Notes: a model not told the origin generated them from the sequence alone. 64,000 nucleotides of DNA from Atribacterota bacterium (GCA_040767965.1 JAXGNR010000005.1:128001-192000); one strand, 5' to 3'. Counted from the first letter of the stretch, positions 43,201 to 52,329 are shown. A program made the numbers and translations.

Positions 43201-43778
43201 AGCAGAATGTCAACATTCTGGTACTGGATACAGAAGTATATTCAAATACAGGAGGGCAGATGTCCAAAGCTACTCCTTTAGGAGCTGTTGCAAAATTCGC
43301 TGCAGGCGGTAAGCCTATGGCTAAAAAAGACCTGGCTTTAATGGCAGTTAATTATGGCAGTGCATATGTAGCCAGGATTGCATTAGGAGCAGATATGAAT
43401 CAGGCAATAAAGGCATTTAGAGAAGCAGAAGCTTATGATGGACCATCTTTGATTATTGCTTATTCACATTGTGCTGGGCATGGTTTTGATCTTAAAAATG
43501 GATTAAAACAGCAAAAAGCAGCAGTAGCCTCTGGATATTGGCCATTAATGAGATACAATCCGGAATTACAGAAAGAAGGAAAGAATCCATTTATTCTTGA
43601 TAGTAAAGCACCCAGTATCCAACTAGACGAATATATTTATGCTGAAAATAGATATAGAATTTTGACTTATAGCAAACCAGAAATCGCGAAAGAATACTAC
43701 AAGAAAGCACAAGCAGAAGTTCTGAATCGATGGAAGATTTATGAAAAATGGGCACGAGATGATAATTCTCAGAAGTAA
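40224..43778 (+). CDS. nifJ: Pyruvate:ferredoxin (flavodoxin) oxidoreductase, single-chain type
   Basis: YPITPS, MQSEAGAAG, two CxxCxxCxxxCP motifs, ACAGCGE, GGDGWAYDIG. Confidence 0.96.
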   Translation: MKHKMITLDGNTAAAHTAYHLSENVTIYPITPSSVMGELADLWAFQGKKNIWDAVPFVAEMQSEAGAAGAVHGSLQRGALTTTFTASQGLLLMLPNMFKIAGELTPTVFNVSARSVATHALSIFGDHSDVMAARTTGFALIAAASVQEAMDFPLIAMAASLKSRIPFLHFFDGFRTSHEVSKVELLENEEMKQMIDDELVYEHRARALSPEKPVIRGTAQNPDVFFQAREGCNPFYEACSEITEEAMKKFKEITGREYHLFQYEGAPDAEYVIVLMGSACETVQETVEYLAGKGEKIGVLKVRLFRPFSIKHLYQAIPETVKKLCVLDRTKEPGSSGEPLYMEVLSGINEYMNENGIERKIKVVGGRYGLSSKEFTPAMVMGVFEEIKKENSMNHFTVGINDDVTHKSVKYPEHFHIEPADRVRAVFYGLGSDGTVSANKSSIKIIGEDTDNFAQGYFVYDSKKAGSLTISHLRFGKDPIHSPYLIEKANFVGCHQFSFLEKYDVLKLAEDNAVFLLNTPFPTEEVWDKIPKEVQETIIKKGIKLYAINAYEIAKETGLGVRINTVMQTAFFLLSKILPEDAAIDRIKQFIKKSYGTKGESILNKNNKAVDLAKESIQEIKIPAHASSEINKKDAVSSEAPKFVREVTAKMIAQEGDSIPVSAFDPDGTFPSGTTKWEKRNIALEVPEWDPDVCIQCGNCVFVCPHAVIRSKVYSPELLENAPAGFKSTDSKMKEFKDQKFTLQISPEDCTGCGLCVEACPAKNKKEPGKKAINMVFIEDVHEQENKNWKFFESLPLVNREKLQLNRVRDLQLTQPLFEFSGACAGCGETPYVKLVSQLFGDRMVVANATGCSSIYGGNLPTTPWTSNQDGHGPAWSNSLFEDNAEFGYGMRLAINQQKKTAISILEKMKGDIGEELVDSLINAKQTNDEEIQAQRSRVKQLIQKIQNISTDEAKQLLSLAEALIQKSVWIIGGDGWAYDIGYGGLDHVIAQQQNVNILVLDTEVYSNTGGQMSKATPLGAVAKFAAGGKPMAKKDLALMAVNYGSAYVARIALGADMNQAIKAFREAEAYDGPSLIIAYSHCAGHGFDLKNGLKQQKAAVASGYWPLMRYNPELQKEGKNPFILDSKAPSIQLDEYIYAENRYRILTYSKPEIAKEYYKKAQAEVLNRWKIYEKWARDDNSQK

Positions 43779-43808
43779 ATAAATTAACAAAATTAGGAGG
43801 ATAAGCAA

Positions 43809-44807
43809 ATGACCGATTTAAGTACCAAATATTTGGGCATTAAATTAAAAAATCCAATAGTTGCCTCTGCATCCCCGTTGTGTGAAGATATTGGAAATAT
43901 CAAACAGATGGAAAAAAGTGGGATTTCGGCTATAGTTTTACATTCACTTTTTGAGGAACAGATTCTTTTACAAGAAAAAGAGTTGGACTATGCTTTAACT
44001 CAAGGCACTGAGGCTTATGCTGAATCATTAAGCTATTTTCCTGATACAGATAATTATCGTTTTGCTCCTGATGAATATATTGAATATATTGCTAAAGTAA
44101 AAAAGGCTGTTGATATTCCAATTATCGGCAGCCTGAATGGAATCTCGAATAGTGGATGGATTGATTATGGCAAAAAAATTGAAGATGCAGGAGCAGATGC
44201 CCTTGAACTGAATATTTACTATTTACCTACTAAAAAAAATGTCACTGGTGAGTATGTTGAAAATAATTATATAGATTTAATTAAATCTATAAAGAAAAAC
44301 ATAGAAATACCAATTGCTGTTAAATTAAGCCCTTATTTTAGCTCAATTCCTGACATTGCAGACAAGCTTGCCGGTGAAGGAGCTGATGGCCTGGTTTTAT
44401 TTAATAGATTTTACCAGCCTGATATTGATATAGTAAAAATGAGTATAACTCCTGATCTGGAATTAAGTAGCTCATCTGAGTTGCGATTAAGATTAAGGTG
44501 GGTTGGACTGCTTTATCAGAAAATAAAAACTGACCTGGCAATTACAGGTGGAATCCATACTGCTGAAGATATAATCAAAGGCATATTAGCTGGTGCAAAT
44601 GTGACAATGATTACCTCAGCTTTATTATTAAAAGGGATTTCTTACATCGAAGAGCTTATTACAGACTTGGAAGAATGGATGAGAAAAAGCCAATACGATT
44701 CAATTCATGACATTCAAGGGCTTTTAAGTCATAAAAATATTAAAGAAACTGATGCCTTTGAAAGGGCAAATTATCTAAAAGTGTTAAGATCTTATCGCTT
44801 TGAATAA
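43809..44807 (+). CDS. Dihydroorotate dehydrogenase-like flavoprotein
   Basis: YLGIKLKNPIVASASP, SLFEEQI, ALELNIY, VKLSP, LFNRFYQPDID, TGGIH. Confidence 0.85.
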   Translation: MTDLSTKYLGIKLKNPIVASASPLCEDIGNIKQMEKSGISAIVLHSLFEEQILLQEKELDYALTQGTEAYAESLSYFPDTDNYRFAPDEYIEYIAKVKKAVDIPIIGSLNGISNSGWIDYGKKIEDAGADALELNIYYLPTKKNVTGEYVENNYIDLIKSIKKNIEIPIAVKLSPYFSSIPDIADKLAGEGADGLVLFNRFYQPDIDIVKMSITPDLELSSSSELRLRLRWVGLLYQKIKTDLAITGGIHTAEDIIKGILAGANVTMITSALLLKGISYIEELITDLEEWMRKSQYDSIHDIQGLLSHKNIKETDAFERANYLKVLRSYRFE

Positions 44808-44835
44808 AAAGATTTTATCCTATATTGTTTTATAT

Positions 44836-44884
44836 TGAATAGGCAATTTGATTTTATGATTTTAAAAATCAAATTGCCTATTCA
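44836..44884 (+). terminator. 20-bp perfect inverted repeat after the DHOD-like gene
   Basis: TGAATAGGCAATTTGATTTT / AAAATCAAATTGCCTATTCA. Confidence 0.65.
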
Positions 44885-44907
44885 TAAATAGAAAGGTTTT
44901 AAAAAAT

Positions 44908-45771
44908 ATGTTAGGAATAGAATGGGCACATATACCAGAAACTATTAATCCTGTACTATTATCCTTAGGCCAATTTAAAATATACTGGTATGGACTTATG
45001 TATCCTGTAGCCTTTTTAACCGCTTTTTCTATAGCTATTTATCGTATTCGTTCTGAAAAGTTAATTTTTAAAGAATCTACAGTGTTGGATTTTCTTATCT
45101 GGGCTATAATTATGTTAATTCTTGGAGCAAGGATAGGACATGTAATTTCTTCAGATATTGGGTACTATCTGGCTAATCCCTGGAGAATAATTTTACCATT
45201 TGAGTTTTCAGGAGGACTAAGCTATACAGGTATATTAGGGATGTCCTATCATGGTGGTATGATTGGCATTGTGTTGGCTTTTATAATATTTTGTTACAAA
45301 AGAGGAATTAATCACTGGCAATTTGCCGATATGGGTGTTCCGGGAATCCCCGCTGGTTATACCTTTGGTAGAATAGGGAATTTTATAAATGGAGAATTAT
45401 ACGGAAGGGTCACAGATTTGCCCTGGGGGATGTATTTTCCTAATGATCCCACTAATCAACTAAGACATCCTACTCAGTTATATGAAGCATTTTTTGAAGG
45501 AATTGTGCTCTTTATTATTTTATGGTATCTAAGAAAGAAAAAATGGTTTAATGGTTTAACATTGAGTATTTATTTTATTGGCTATGGGATAGTACGTTTT
45601 TTGAATGAATTTCTTAGGGAACCTTCACCTGTGACAGAAACAACCTATCTTGGTTTTATGAACTTAGCTCAAATAATGTCTTTACTGATGATTCTGGGTG
45701 GGTTCTTATTAATTATGTTCAGGAAAGACAAACCTTATTTCCCTATAGGCAAGGAGGATATTAATGAGTAA
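44908..45771 (+). CDS. lgt: Prolipoprotein diacylglyceryl transferase
   Basis: YWYGLMY, LGARIG, GMSYHGG, GRIGNFINGELYGR, RHPTQLYE. Confidence 0.96.
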   Translation: MLGIEWAHIPETINPVLLSLGQFKIYWYGLMYPVAFLTAFSIAIYRIRSEKLIFKESTVLDFLIWAIIMLILGARIGHVISSDIGYYLANPWRIILPFEFSGGLSYTGILGMSYHGGMIGIVLAFIIFCYKRGINHWQFADMGVPGIPAGYTFGRIGNFINGELYGRVTDLPWGMYFPNDPTNQLRHPTQLYEAFFEGIVLFIILWYLRKKKWFNGLTLSIYFIGYGIVRFLNEFLREPSPVTETTYLGFMNLAQIMSLLMILGGFLLIMFRKDKPYFPIGKEDINE

Positions 45772-45844
45772 CCAATTTATAATTTTCTTAGCAATCATTG
45801 CTCTTGTTGCGTTTTTGTTCAAAGATGGCTTTCTGAATATATAA
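45764..45844 (+). CDS. Putative 26-aa single-TM small protein (MSNQFIIFLAIIALVAFLFKDGFLNI)
   Basis: SD AAGGAGG 45751-45757; ATG overlaps the end of lgt; hydrophobic core of about 15 residues. Confidence 0.5.
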   Translation: MSNQFIIFLAIIALVAFLFKDGFLNI

Positions 45845-45927
45845 TTTTTATTTATCAGTCAAATAAACCAATAACGAGAACAACAATGGTATAATGATGT
45901 AAATATCAAATGAGAGGATTGTGAATT

Positions 45928-46500
45928 ATGTTAAAAGAATTAATATTGAAAAATAGAAGTTATAGACGCTTTGATGAAAAAAAAGAAATAAAAAAAGAAG
46001 ATTTACTTGATTTAATAGAACTAGCTAGACTGTCACCATCTGCAGCTAACAGACAACCTCTAAAATACTATATTTCTTGTGATCAGGAAATAAATAAGAA
46101 AATATTCAGCACTCTTGCATGGGCGGCATACCTTAAAGATTGGAATGGACCGGCAGAAGGTGAAAGACCAACTGGTTATATTATTATTCTTGGAGATAAA
46201 AATATCACTGAAAACTTTGGTGTTGATCCAGGAATTGTAGCACAGAGTATTTTGCTGGGCGCTGCTGAAAAAGGATTAGGCGGATGTATGTTTGGTTCAG
46301 TTTCACGTGAAAAATTAAGAAAACTGCTAAATATAACTTCTCAGTATGATATTTTATATGCACTGGCAATTGGTTATCCAACAGAGAAGATCCAAATAGA
46401 AAAGGTTACAGATAGTAATGATATTAAATATTGGAGAGATGAAAAACAGGTTCATCATGTACCAAAAAGAAGTCTTTCTGAGATTGTAATTTCTTCATAA
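45928..46500 (+). CDS. Nitroreductase family protein
   Basis: NRSYRRF, ARLSPSAANRQP, GLGGC, ALAIGYP, VPKR. Confidence 0.9.
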   Translation: MLKELILKNRSYRRFDEKKEIKKEDLLDLIELARLSPSAANRQPLKYYISCDQEINKKIFSTLAWAAYLKDWNGPAEGERPTGYIIILGDKNITENFGVDPGIVAQSILLGAAEKGLGGCMFGSVSREKLRKLLNITSQYDILYALAIGYPTEKIQIEKVTDSNDIKYWRDEKQVHHVPKRSLSEIVISS

Positions 46501-46536
46501 AGAAAATATATTTTTGAATAAATAGAAAGGAAAAAC

Positions 46537-47241
46537 TTGAAAATAATACGTACTATTTTGTGGTGGTTTTTTATAATAACAATTCCTATTTTATTGGTAA
46601 CCACAGTAGTCAGACTGGAAGTACAATTTTTACCATTTTACGAATATGAATATGAAAAAAACAGTATTAGTCAAATCACTGGATTTGATGATCACCAGTT
46701 AGGGATAATCACCAGACATTTAATACAATATTTTAACGATAAAATTAAAAATCCTCAATTAATTGTAGAAAAAAATAATAAAGCAATTCAACTATTTAAT
46801 GCTCATGAAATAATTCATTTAAAAGATGTCAAAGAAATATTTCAAATTGTATTTAGAGTACAATATATAGCTCTGGGATATTTCATCTTATATATGCTTG
46901 TTAATATCCTTTTTAAAAAAAAGGAAAAAATGTTTTATTTTTGGAAAGGTTTAAAAAATGGCAGCATTTTAACGGTTATCCTGCTTTCAATTCTGGGGAT
47001 AGGATTATTTACCGGATTTTATCAGCTATTTATTCAATTTCATTATCTAGTCTTTGGTGATCCTCAAAGTTCTCCCTGGATTCTAGATCCTAGAACAGAT
47101 CACCTGGTAATGATGTACCCGTTGAATTTTTGGCAGGATGCTGCTCTTTTGGGAGTATTTGTTATTTTAAGCACATCTATTATCCTTATTATGCTTAGTT
47201 GTTTAGTTTTGTTAAGCTATCGATCTAAAAGAAAAGAATAA
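46537..47241 (+). CDS. TIGR01906/DUF1461 membrane protein (lipoprotein intramolecular transacylase Lit-like)
   Basis: Four TM segments; EIIHLKDV and FIQFH...F...W...P..D.L..M.P..F motifs. Confidence 0.8.
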   Translation: MKIIRTILWWFFIITIPILLVTTVVRLEVQFLPFYEYEYEKNSISQITGFDDHQLGIITRHLIQYFNDKIKNPQLIVEKNNKAIQLFNAHEIIHLKDVKEIFQIVFRVQYIALGYFILYMLVNILFKKKEKMFYFWKGLKNGSILTVILLSILGIGLFTGFYQLFIQFHYLVFGDPQSSPWILDPRTDHLVMMYPLNFWQDAALLGVFVILSTSIILIMLSCLVLLSYRSKRKE

Positions 47242-47427
47242 ATAATAATTTTTCATTTTTTTAAATTAATTTAAGTAAAAATAATAGTATGTGAATTGAT
47301 TTAGTCAGATTAATTCTGAATTTTAAAACTTTTGAAAAATTTTTTTGATAACCAGCAATAAAAGGCAAAAATTAAGTTGAAAATACAAAGCATGGTTATT
47401 AAGGAATTTTAAGATTAGGAGGGGAAA

Positions 47428-48375
47428 ATGTCGCTAGCTATTAATGCCACTATCCCTGAAGGAATTGTACTGGCAGCAGACAGTCGACAATCTTATCGAA
47501 ATCAAAAAGGCATGGCCAGAATAGGAAGTGATAATGCTTCAAAGCTTTTCCAATTAAATCAAAAAATTGGCATAGCCGTAACAGGTCTGTCTTTTCTACC
47601 AGAAAATGGTGTTTTAAAAAGTATCAGTAGTTATATTAAAGAATTCATCAAAAATAAACAGCTGGAAAGTTATTCTGTTGAAGAAATAGTAGAACACCTA
47701 ATTCGCCTGTTTAATGAAAAATATGAGTGGGAAAAACAATTGGAACAAACTAAACAGAGGATTGAAAAAGACTTGCTTCTAAAAAAATATGAAATACTGG
47801 AGATAATAAAAAGAGAATATCATATTGATTTTCGTTATAAAGATACTCAAGGATTAATAAGGAATGGTCTGGGCAAAATTGATCCTATCAGTTTTATTGT
47901 GGCTGGCATTAATAAAGATAGCTCTTACCAGGTATATACCTGCCATATTCCGGGAGAAAAAAAGAAAACAAGGGACAGTGGAGAAAGAGGGCATGAATAT
48001 GGTGCAAGTTGGATTGGACAGACTGATGTTGTTTCACGGATAGTATTGGGATTTGATGGACGTATTATTAATTTACCTTTCATTAATCAGCATAATAAGC
48101 AAATAGATAAGGATATGATGGGAAAACAGCTAAGAAATATGGAGTATGTTATTCAATGGGGAACTATGACCTTACAAGATGCTATTGATTTTTGCACGTT
48201 AATGATTGAAACAACTTCTGCAATACAGAAATTTTCTGATGGTATTAAGGCTAATCCTGGAGATTTGCCAGGAGTAGGCGGGCCAGTAGAGGTATTAACG
48301 ATCACACCAGAAGAAGGTTTCAGGTGGATCCGCAAGAAAAAAATTATAGTTCACGATTATCTTGTTAGTGATTAA
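47428..48375 (+). CDS. Ntn-hydrolase, proteasome beta-subunit-like protein with N-terminal Ser
   Basis: (M)SLAINATIPEGIVLAADSR (Ser1, Asp17), DNASKLF, FIVAG, GVGGPVEVLTIT. Confidence 0.72.
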   Translation: MSLAINATIPEGIVLAADSRQSYRNQKGMARIGSDNASKLFQLNQKIGIAVTGLSFLPENGVLKSISSYIKEFIKNKQLESYSVEEIVEHLIRLFNEKYEWEKQLEQTKQRIEKDLLLKKYEILEIIKREYHIDFRYKDTQGLIRNGLGKIDPISFIVAGINKDSSYQVYTCHIPGEKKKTRDSGERGHEYGASWIGQTDVVSRIVLGFDGRIINLPFINQHNKQIDKDMMGKQLRNMEYVIQWGTMTLQDAIDFCTLMIETTSAIQKFSDGIKANPGDLPGVGGPVEVLTITPEEGFRWIRKKKIIVHDYLVSD

Positions 48376-49784
48376 AGTTTAATTAAGCTAGAAACTGATT
48401 GACGAAAAGAGTTACCTCTGTCAAATTCATTTTGAAACATGCCAAAACTTGTTGCACCAGGTGAAAGTAAAATAATTGTACCTGGTATAGATTCTTCATA
48501 TGCTGTTTTGGTAGCAGCCTGCATACTTTCTGTAATTTTTATTATAGGTTTTAGCCCAAGCTCGTTTAGCTCTTTGAGTATAATTTCGCTAGCATCATAT
48601 TCGGGATGTTTCAAAATTACTATTGATAAGATATTATTGCTATTTCTGATTGCTTGGCACAAAGTATCGTATTTTAATTTCTTATTTCTGCCTCCCAGAA
48701 TTAGAGTAATTGGTTTTTTAGGAAAAGATTTGATGGCTGCAATTGTAGCTTCAGGAGTTGTAGCACAAGTGTCATTATAGAAATAAATATCATTAAAATT
48801 AGCAATTCTTTCCAGCCTATTAGGGACGCCTTTAAATGTCTTTATACCCTCTCTGATCTTGTTTATAGGTAAATTCATAAGAAAGGCTGCATTAATAGCT
48901 GCCATAGTATTTCCTATATTATGTTCTCCAGGAATAGGTATTTGATCAATGTTACAAATCACTGTTTTTTGATTGTTAAAACAGAAAATAATGCTTCCAT
49001 CCTCCAGATAACAGCCCTGAGGAACATTATTTTTAGTGCTAAACCAAAATATATTAGTAGCCTTCTCTTGTTCTATTTTTTTAGTAATAGGATTATCGAA
49101 ACTGGTAATTAAGAAATTGGTTGTATTTAAATATTGACAAATCAACTTTTCAGAATTAGCGTATTCCTCAAAGTCTTTGTAACGATCAAGATGATCTGGT
49201 ATAATATTTGTTAAAACAGCAATTTTAGGGTTAAATATTGTTTTTTTCATTCCCTCCAATTGCCAGCTGGAAATTTCAAGCAAGACAAATGTTTTTTCTT
49301 TAATTTCAGGCAAAACATCAAATACTGAGATTCCAATATTTCCACCATGAACTATATCTTTATTGGCATAGGAAAACAGGTGAAATATAAAATTAGTAAC
49401 AGTGCTTTTTCCTTTTGTGCCAGCAACTGCAATAAAATTATTGGAAGGGCATATTTTTAAAAATAAAGATAGATCTGTTTCAATAGGAGTCCCTAATTCT
49501 CTGGCAATCTGTAAGTATTTAGAGTTATTGGGAACACCGGGATTTTGTATAATCATATCTTTACCAATAAAATTTTCTGTTTTATGGCACCCTAAAACAT
49601 ATTCGATATTATAGTCTTTTAATTCATCCAGGGTTTTTTGCAGTTGATTTTTTCCCTTTAAATCAGTTACCAGAACATTGGCACCACTTTGAGCTAAAAA
49701 TTTTGTAATTCCTAATCCGCCTCTATTTAATCCCAGTCCCATTACTGTAATATTTTTATTTTTCAGGTCAATAAATTCTTTCAT
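48372..49784 (-). CDS. murD: UDP-N-acetylmuramoyl-L-alanine--D-glutamate ligase
   Basis: GTKGKST, GGNIG, LEISSWQL, PDHLDRY, NDTCAT, LLSPGATSFGMF...RG. Confidence 0.94.
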   Translation of the reverse strand: MKEFIDLKNKNITVMGLGLNRGGLGITKFLAQSGANVLVTDLKGKNQLQKTLDELKDYNIEYVLGCHKTENFIGKDMIIQNPGVPNNSKYLQIARELGTPIETDLSLFLKICPSNNFIAVAGTKGKSTVTNFIFHLFSYANKDIVHGGNIGISVFDVLPEIKEKTFVLLEISSWQLEGMKKTIFNPKIAVLTNIIPDHLDRYKDFEEYANSEKLICQYLNTTNFLITSFDNPITKKIEQEKATNIFWFSTKNNVPQGCYLEDGSIIFCFNNQKTVICNIDQIPIPGEHNIGNTMAAINAAFLMNLPINKIREGIKTFKGVPNRLERIANFNDIYFYNDTCATTPEATIAAIKSFPKKPITLILGGRNKKLKYDTLCQAIRNSNNILSIVILKHPEYDASEIILKELNELGLKPIIKITESMQAATKTAYEESIPGTIILLSPGATSFGMFQNEFDRGNSFRQSVSSLIKL

Positions 49785-49970
49785 ATTAATATCACCTTAA
49801 AATGAAGCATACTATACAATATAACAGAATAACCAAAAAAGTGGTAGGCGAACAGGAAATATTTAATAACTAAAAGATCTATTATCTAATGTTATTTGGT
49901 GAAAATATTATTGCAAAAATATTAAAAGAAAATGAATGATCAAAAAATGTAAAATGTTTACTTTTTTCAT

Positions 49971-49999
49971 TTGACGAGGATTTTAAATTATAATACAAT
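49971..49999 (+). promoter_or_regulatory. sigma70-type promoter for tRNA-Arg/tadA
   Basis: TTGACG - 17 nt - TACAAT. Confidence 0.65.
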
Positions 50000-50041
50000 C
50001 ATATTTAGCTTTATCATAGATAATGTATTTCCTTCATAAAT

Positions 50042-50118
50042 GCGCCCGTGGCTCAATTGGACAAAGCAACTGACTACGGATCAGTAGATTGGGGGTTCGA
50101 GTCCCTCCGGGCGCACCA
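50042..50118 (+). tRNA. tRNA-Arg(ACG)
   Basis: GCGCCCG/CGGGCGC acceptor, loop CT-ACG-GA, GGTTCGAGTCC, CCA; D-stem GCTC/AAGC has a C-A mismatch. Confidence 0.95.
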
Positions 50119-50151
50119 TTTTTTAAGATTTCATACCAAAAAGAATAACTT

Positions 50152-50610
50152 ATGACAAAAAATATAAATCAAACAATGATTAAAACAGCATTGGAACTAG
50201 CTCGGGATGCATATAATAGAGAAGAAGTTCCTGTTGGTGCCTTGATAGTTTTTGAAAATAGAATTATAGCTCAAGCTTCTAACAAAAAAGAAGAATTACA
50301 GGATCCGACTGCTCATGCTGAGATCCTGGTTTTAAGAGAAGCTTGTAGATCTATGCATAGCTGGAAACTAGATAATACAACTATTTATGTTACTTTAGAG
50401 CCGTGTCCTATGTGTGCATATGCAATTATTCAAGCAAGAGTGAAGCGTTTGGTTTTTGGAGCTTTTGATCCAAAGGCAGGAGCAGCTGGAAGTGTTTTAA
50501 ACTTGTTTAAGAGTAAAATGTTCAACCATGATGTAGAGGTCATTGGCGGGGTGTTGGAAGATGAATGTGGCTTAATTTTAAAGAATTTTTTTCAAGATAG
50601 AAGGATCTGA
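50152..50610 (+). CDS. tadA: tRNA adenosine(34) deaminase
   Basis: EVPVGA, DPTAHAE, TLEPCPMC, FGAFDPKAGA, NH. Confidence 0.95.
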   Translation: MTKNINQTMIKTALELARDAYNREEVPVGALIVFENRIIAQASNKKEELQDPTAHAEILVLREACRSMHSWKLDNTTIYVTLEPCPMCAYAIIQARVKRLVFGAFDPKAGAAGSVLNLFKSKMFNHDVEVIGGVLEDECGLILKNFFQDRRI

Positions 50611-50650
50611 CCTAATACTGTATGCTTTAGAATAGATAATAAAAAAACAA

Positions 50651-50745
50651 GGAGAGGTGGCCGAGTCCGGCCGAAGGCGCTCGACTCGAAATCGAGTAGG
50701 CAGCTAATCCCTGTCTCGCGGGTTCGAATCCCGCTCTCTCCGCCA
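50651..50745 (+). tRNA. tRNA-Ser(CGA)
   Basis: CTCGA-CT-CGA-AA-TCGAG anticodon arm, long variable arm, T-arm, CCA. Confidence 0.96.
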
Positions 50746-50963
50746 AAAAACAAATTATAATTTAACTTCTGTTTCAGATAAATATGGAATATGATAACTA
50801 AAAATAATATTTTCTTTACTAGCAATTCCGAGAAGCAATGTTCTGCGATTTTTTAATTAATTAATTTTTGTTTTTAATAAAATAAATTATTTTTATTTAG
50901 TTTTTCGATGCAGTTAAAGCAGGTAAAGGAAGGATAATTCTTATGAAATAACAGGGGAGCAGT

Positions 50964-51389
50964 ATGGACCATGTTGTATATTTAGATGCAAAAGCAGGTG
51001 AGTTGGATAATTTATTATCTGGTAAAAAAACTATGATTATAAGAGGAGCCACAGGCAGAAAATTACCATATGGGAAGGTAAATACAGGGGATAAACTGTA
51101 TTTAATTAATAATAATGCAGAGGGTACGATTAAGGCAATGGCAGTGGTTTCTTCTGTATTTAATTCTGAAAAAATGAACCGAGAGGAATCTGTTGATCTG
51201 ATCACAAAGAATCAGAACAAATTGTTATTAAATAGTATACAATTCAAACGGTGGGCTGGAAAGAGATATGTTGTGTTAATAGAGGTTGATACAATAGATG
51301 AAGTGAAACCCTTCACAATAGATAAAAGCGGTTATGGTAATATGGATGACTGGCTGCCGGTTGGAAATATTGAAAAAGTAAAAAAATAA
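50964..51389 (+). CDS. ASCH/PUA-like domain protein
   Basis: LLSGKKTMIIR (GxKT-x-x-x-R) and GDKLYL; SD GGGGAG. Confidence 0.65.
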   Translation: MDHVVYLDAKAGELDNLLSGKKTMIIRGATGRKLPYGKVNTGDKLYLINNNAEGTIKAMAVVSSVFNSEKMNREESVDLITKNQNKLLLNSIQFKRWAGKRYVVLIEVDTIDEVKPFTIDKSGYGNMDDWLPVGNIEKVKK

Positions 51390-51765
51390 TCATTTAGTTA
51401 CTTTGTGTAATGTGATAATTGATATAATGCGAGAAAATAATTAAGTCAGAGAACAATAAGGATATTTATAATTTAAAATATTATAAAAAATTAAAAATTT
51501 AGATAACATCAAAAGCCCAAAAGTTGTAAATTAAAAAGAAAATGAATTAGAACATGGTTAAATCTTCTTATATGGGATTATATAGTCATATTTAGGTATT
51601 ACAAGAAAAATAATATAATTAATCAGAGTTTTGGTATCTTAAAGAATAAAAGTATTAAATGTTGCAACTCATACAAATTATTTCATTATTTTAATATTAA
51701 TTTAAGCAATAGTCTATCTAGATAACTTGACTAATTAAATTTCAGAGAATTTACAGAGGTAATTT

Positions 51766-52329
51766 ATGGGAATAAATTATCCAGAGATTGGTATATGCGG
51801 GCTTTCTTGTCGACTTTGCCCGCATTATCACATGAATACCGAAAGCCGCTGCCCGGGATGTAAAAGTGAAGATAGAATGAAAGTGGGATGTCCTTTTATT
51901 ACCTGTGCCATTAAGAGAAAGAGACTTGAGTTTTGCTGGCAATGTTCTGAAAGCCAAACTTGTGAGAAATGGAAAAATCATAGACAAGCAGGAAGGAAGA
52001 TTGATTCATTCAAATGTTATCAGAAATTAGAAAATGACATTGCTTTTATTAGCATTAAAGGGGTATCAGAATTTGAAAAAGACCAAAAAATAAGAGAGCA
52101 GTTATTGAGAGAAATGTTGGGATATTTTAATGAAGGCCATTCCAAAAGTTATTATTGCATTGCAGCTACTGTTCTGGAGATTGAAGAGCTTGAACTGGCA
52201 CTAGCAGAGGCAAAGCAAAAATCTGTTGGGTTTGATATAAAACATAAATCCAGAATATTTCACAATATATTAAATAATATCGCAAGAAAGAAAAACTATT
52301 ATTTGGGGCTGAGAAAGAATTCTAAATAG
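51766..52329 (+). CDS. DUF3795-like Cys-rich protein
   Basis: CGLSCRLCP, CPGC, CPFITC, FCWQC, C pattern. Confidence 0.8.
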   Translation: MGINYPEIGICGLSCRLCPHYHMNTESRCPGCKSEDRMKVGCPFITCAIKRKRLEFCWQCSESQTCEKWKNHRQAGRKIDSFKCYQKLENDIAFISIKGVSEFEKDQKIREQLLREMLGYFNEGHSKSYYCIAATVLEIEELELALAEAKQKSVGFDIKHKSRIFHNILNNIARKKNYYLGLRKNSK

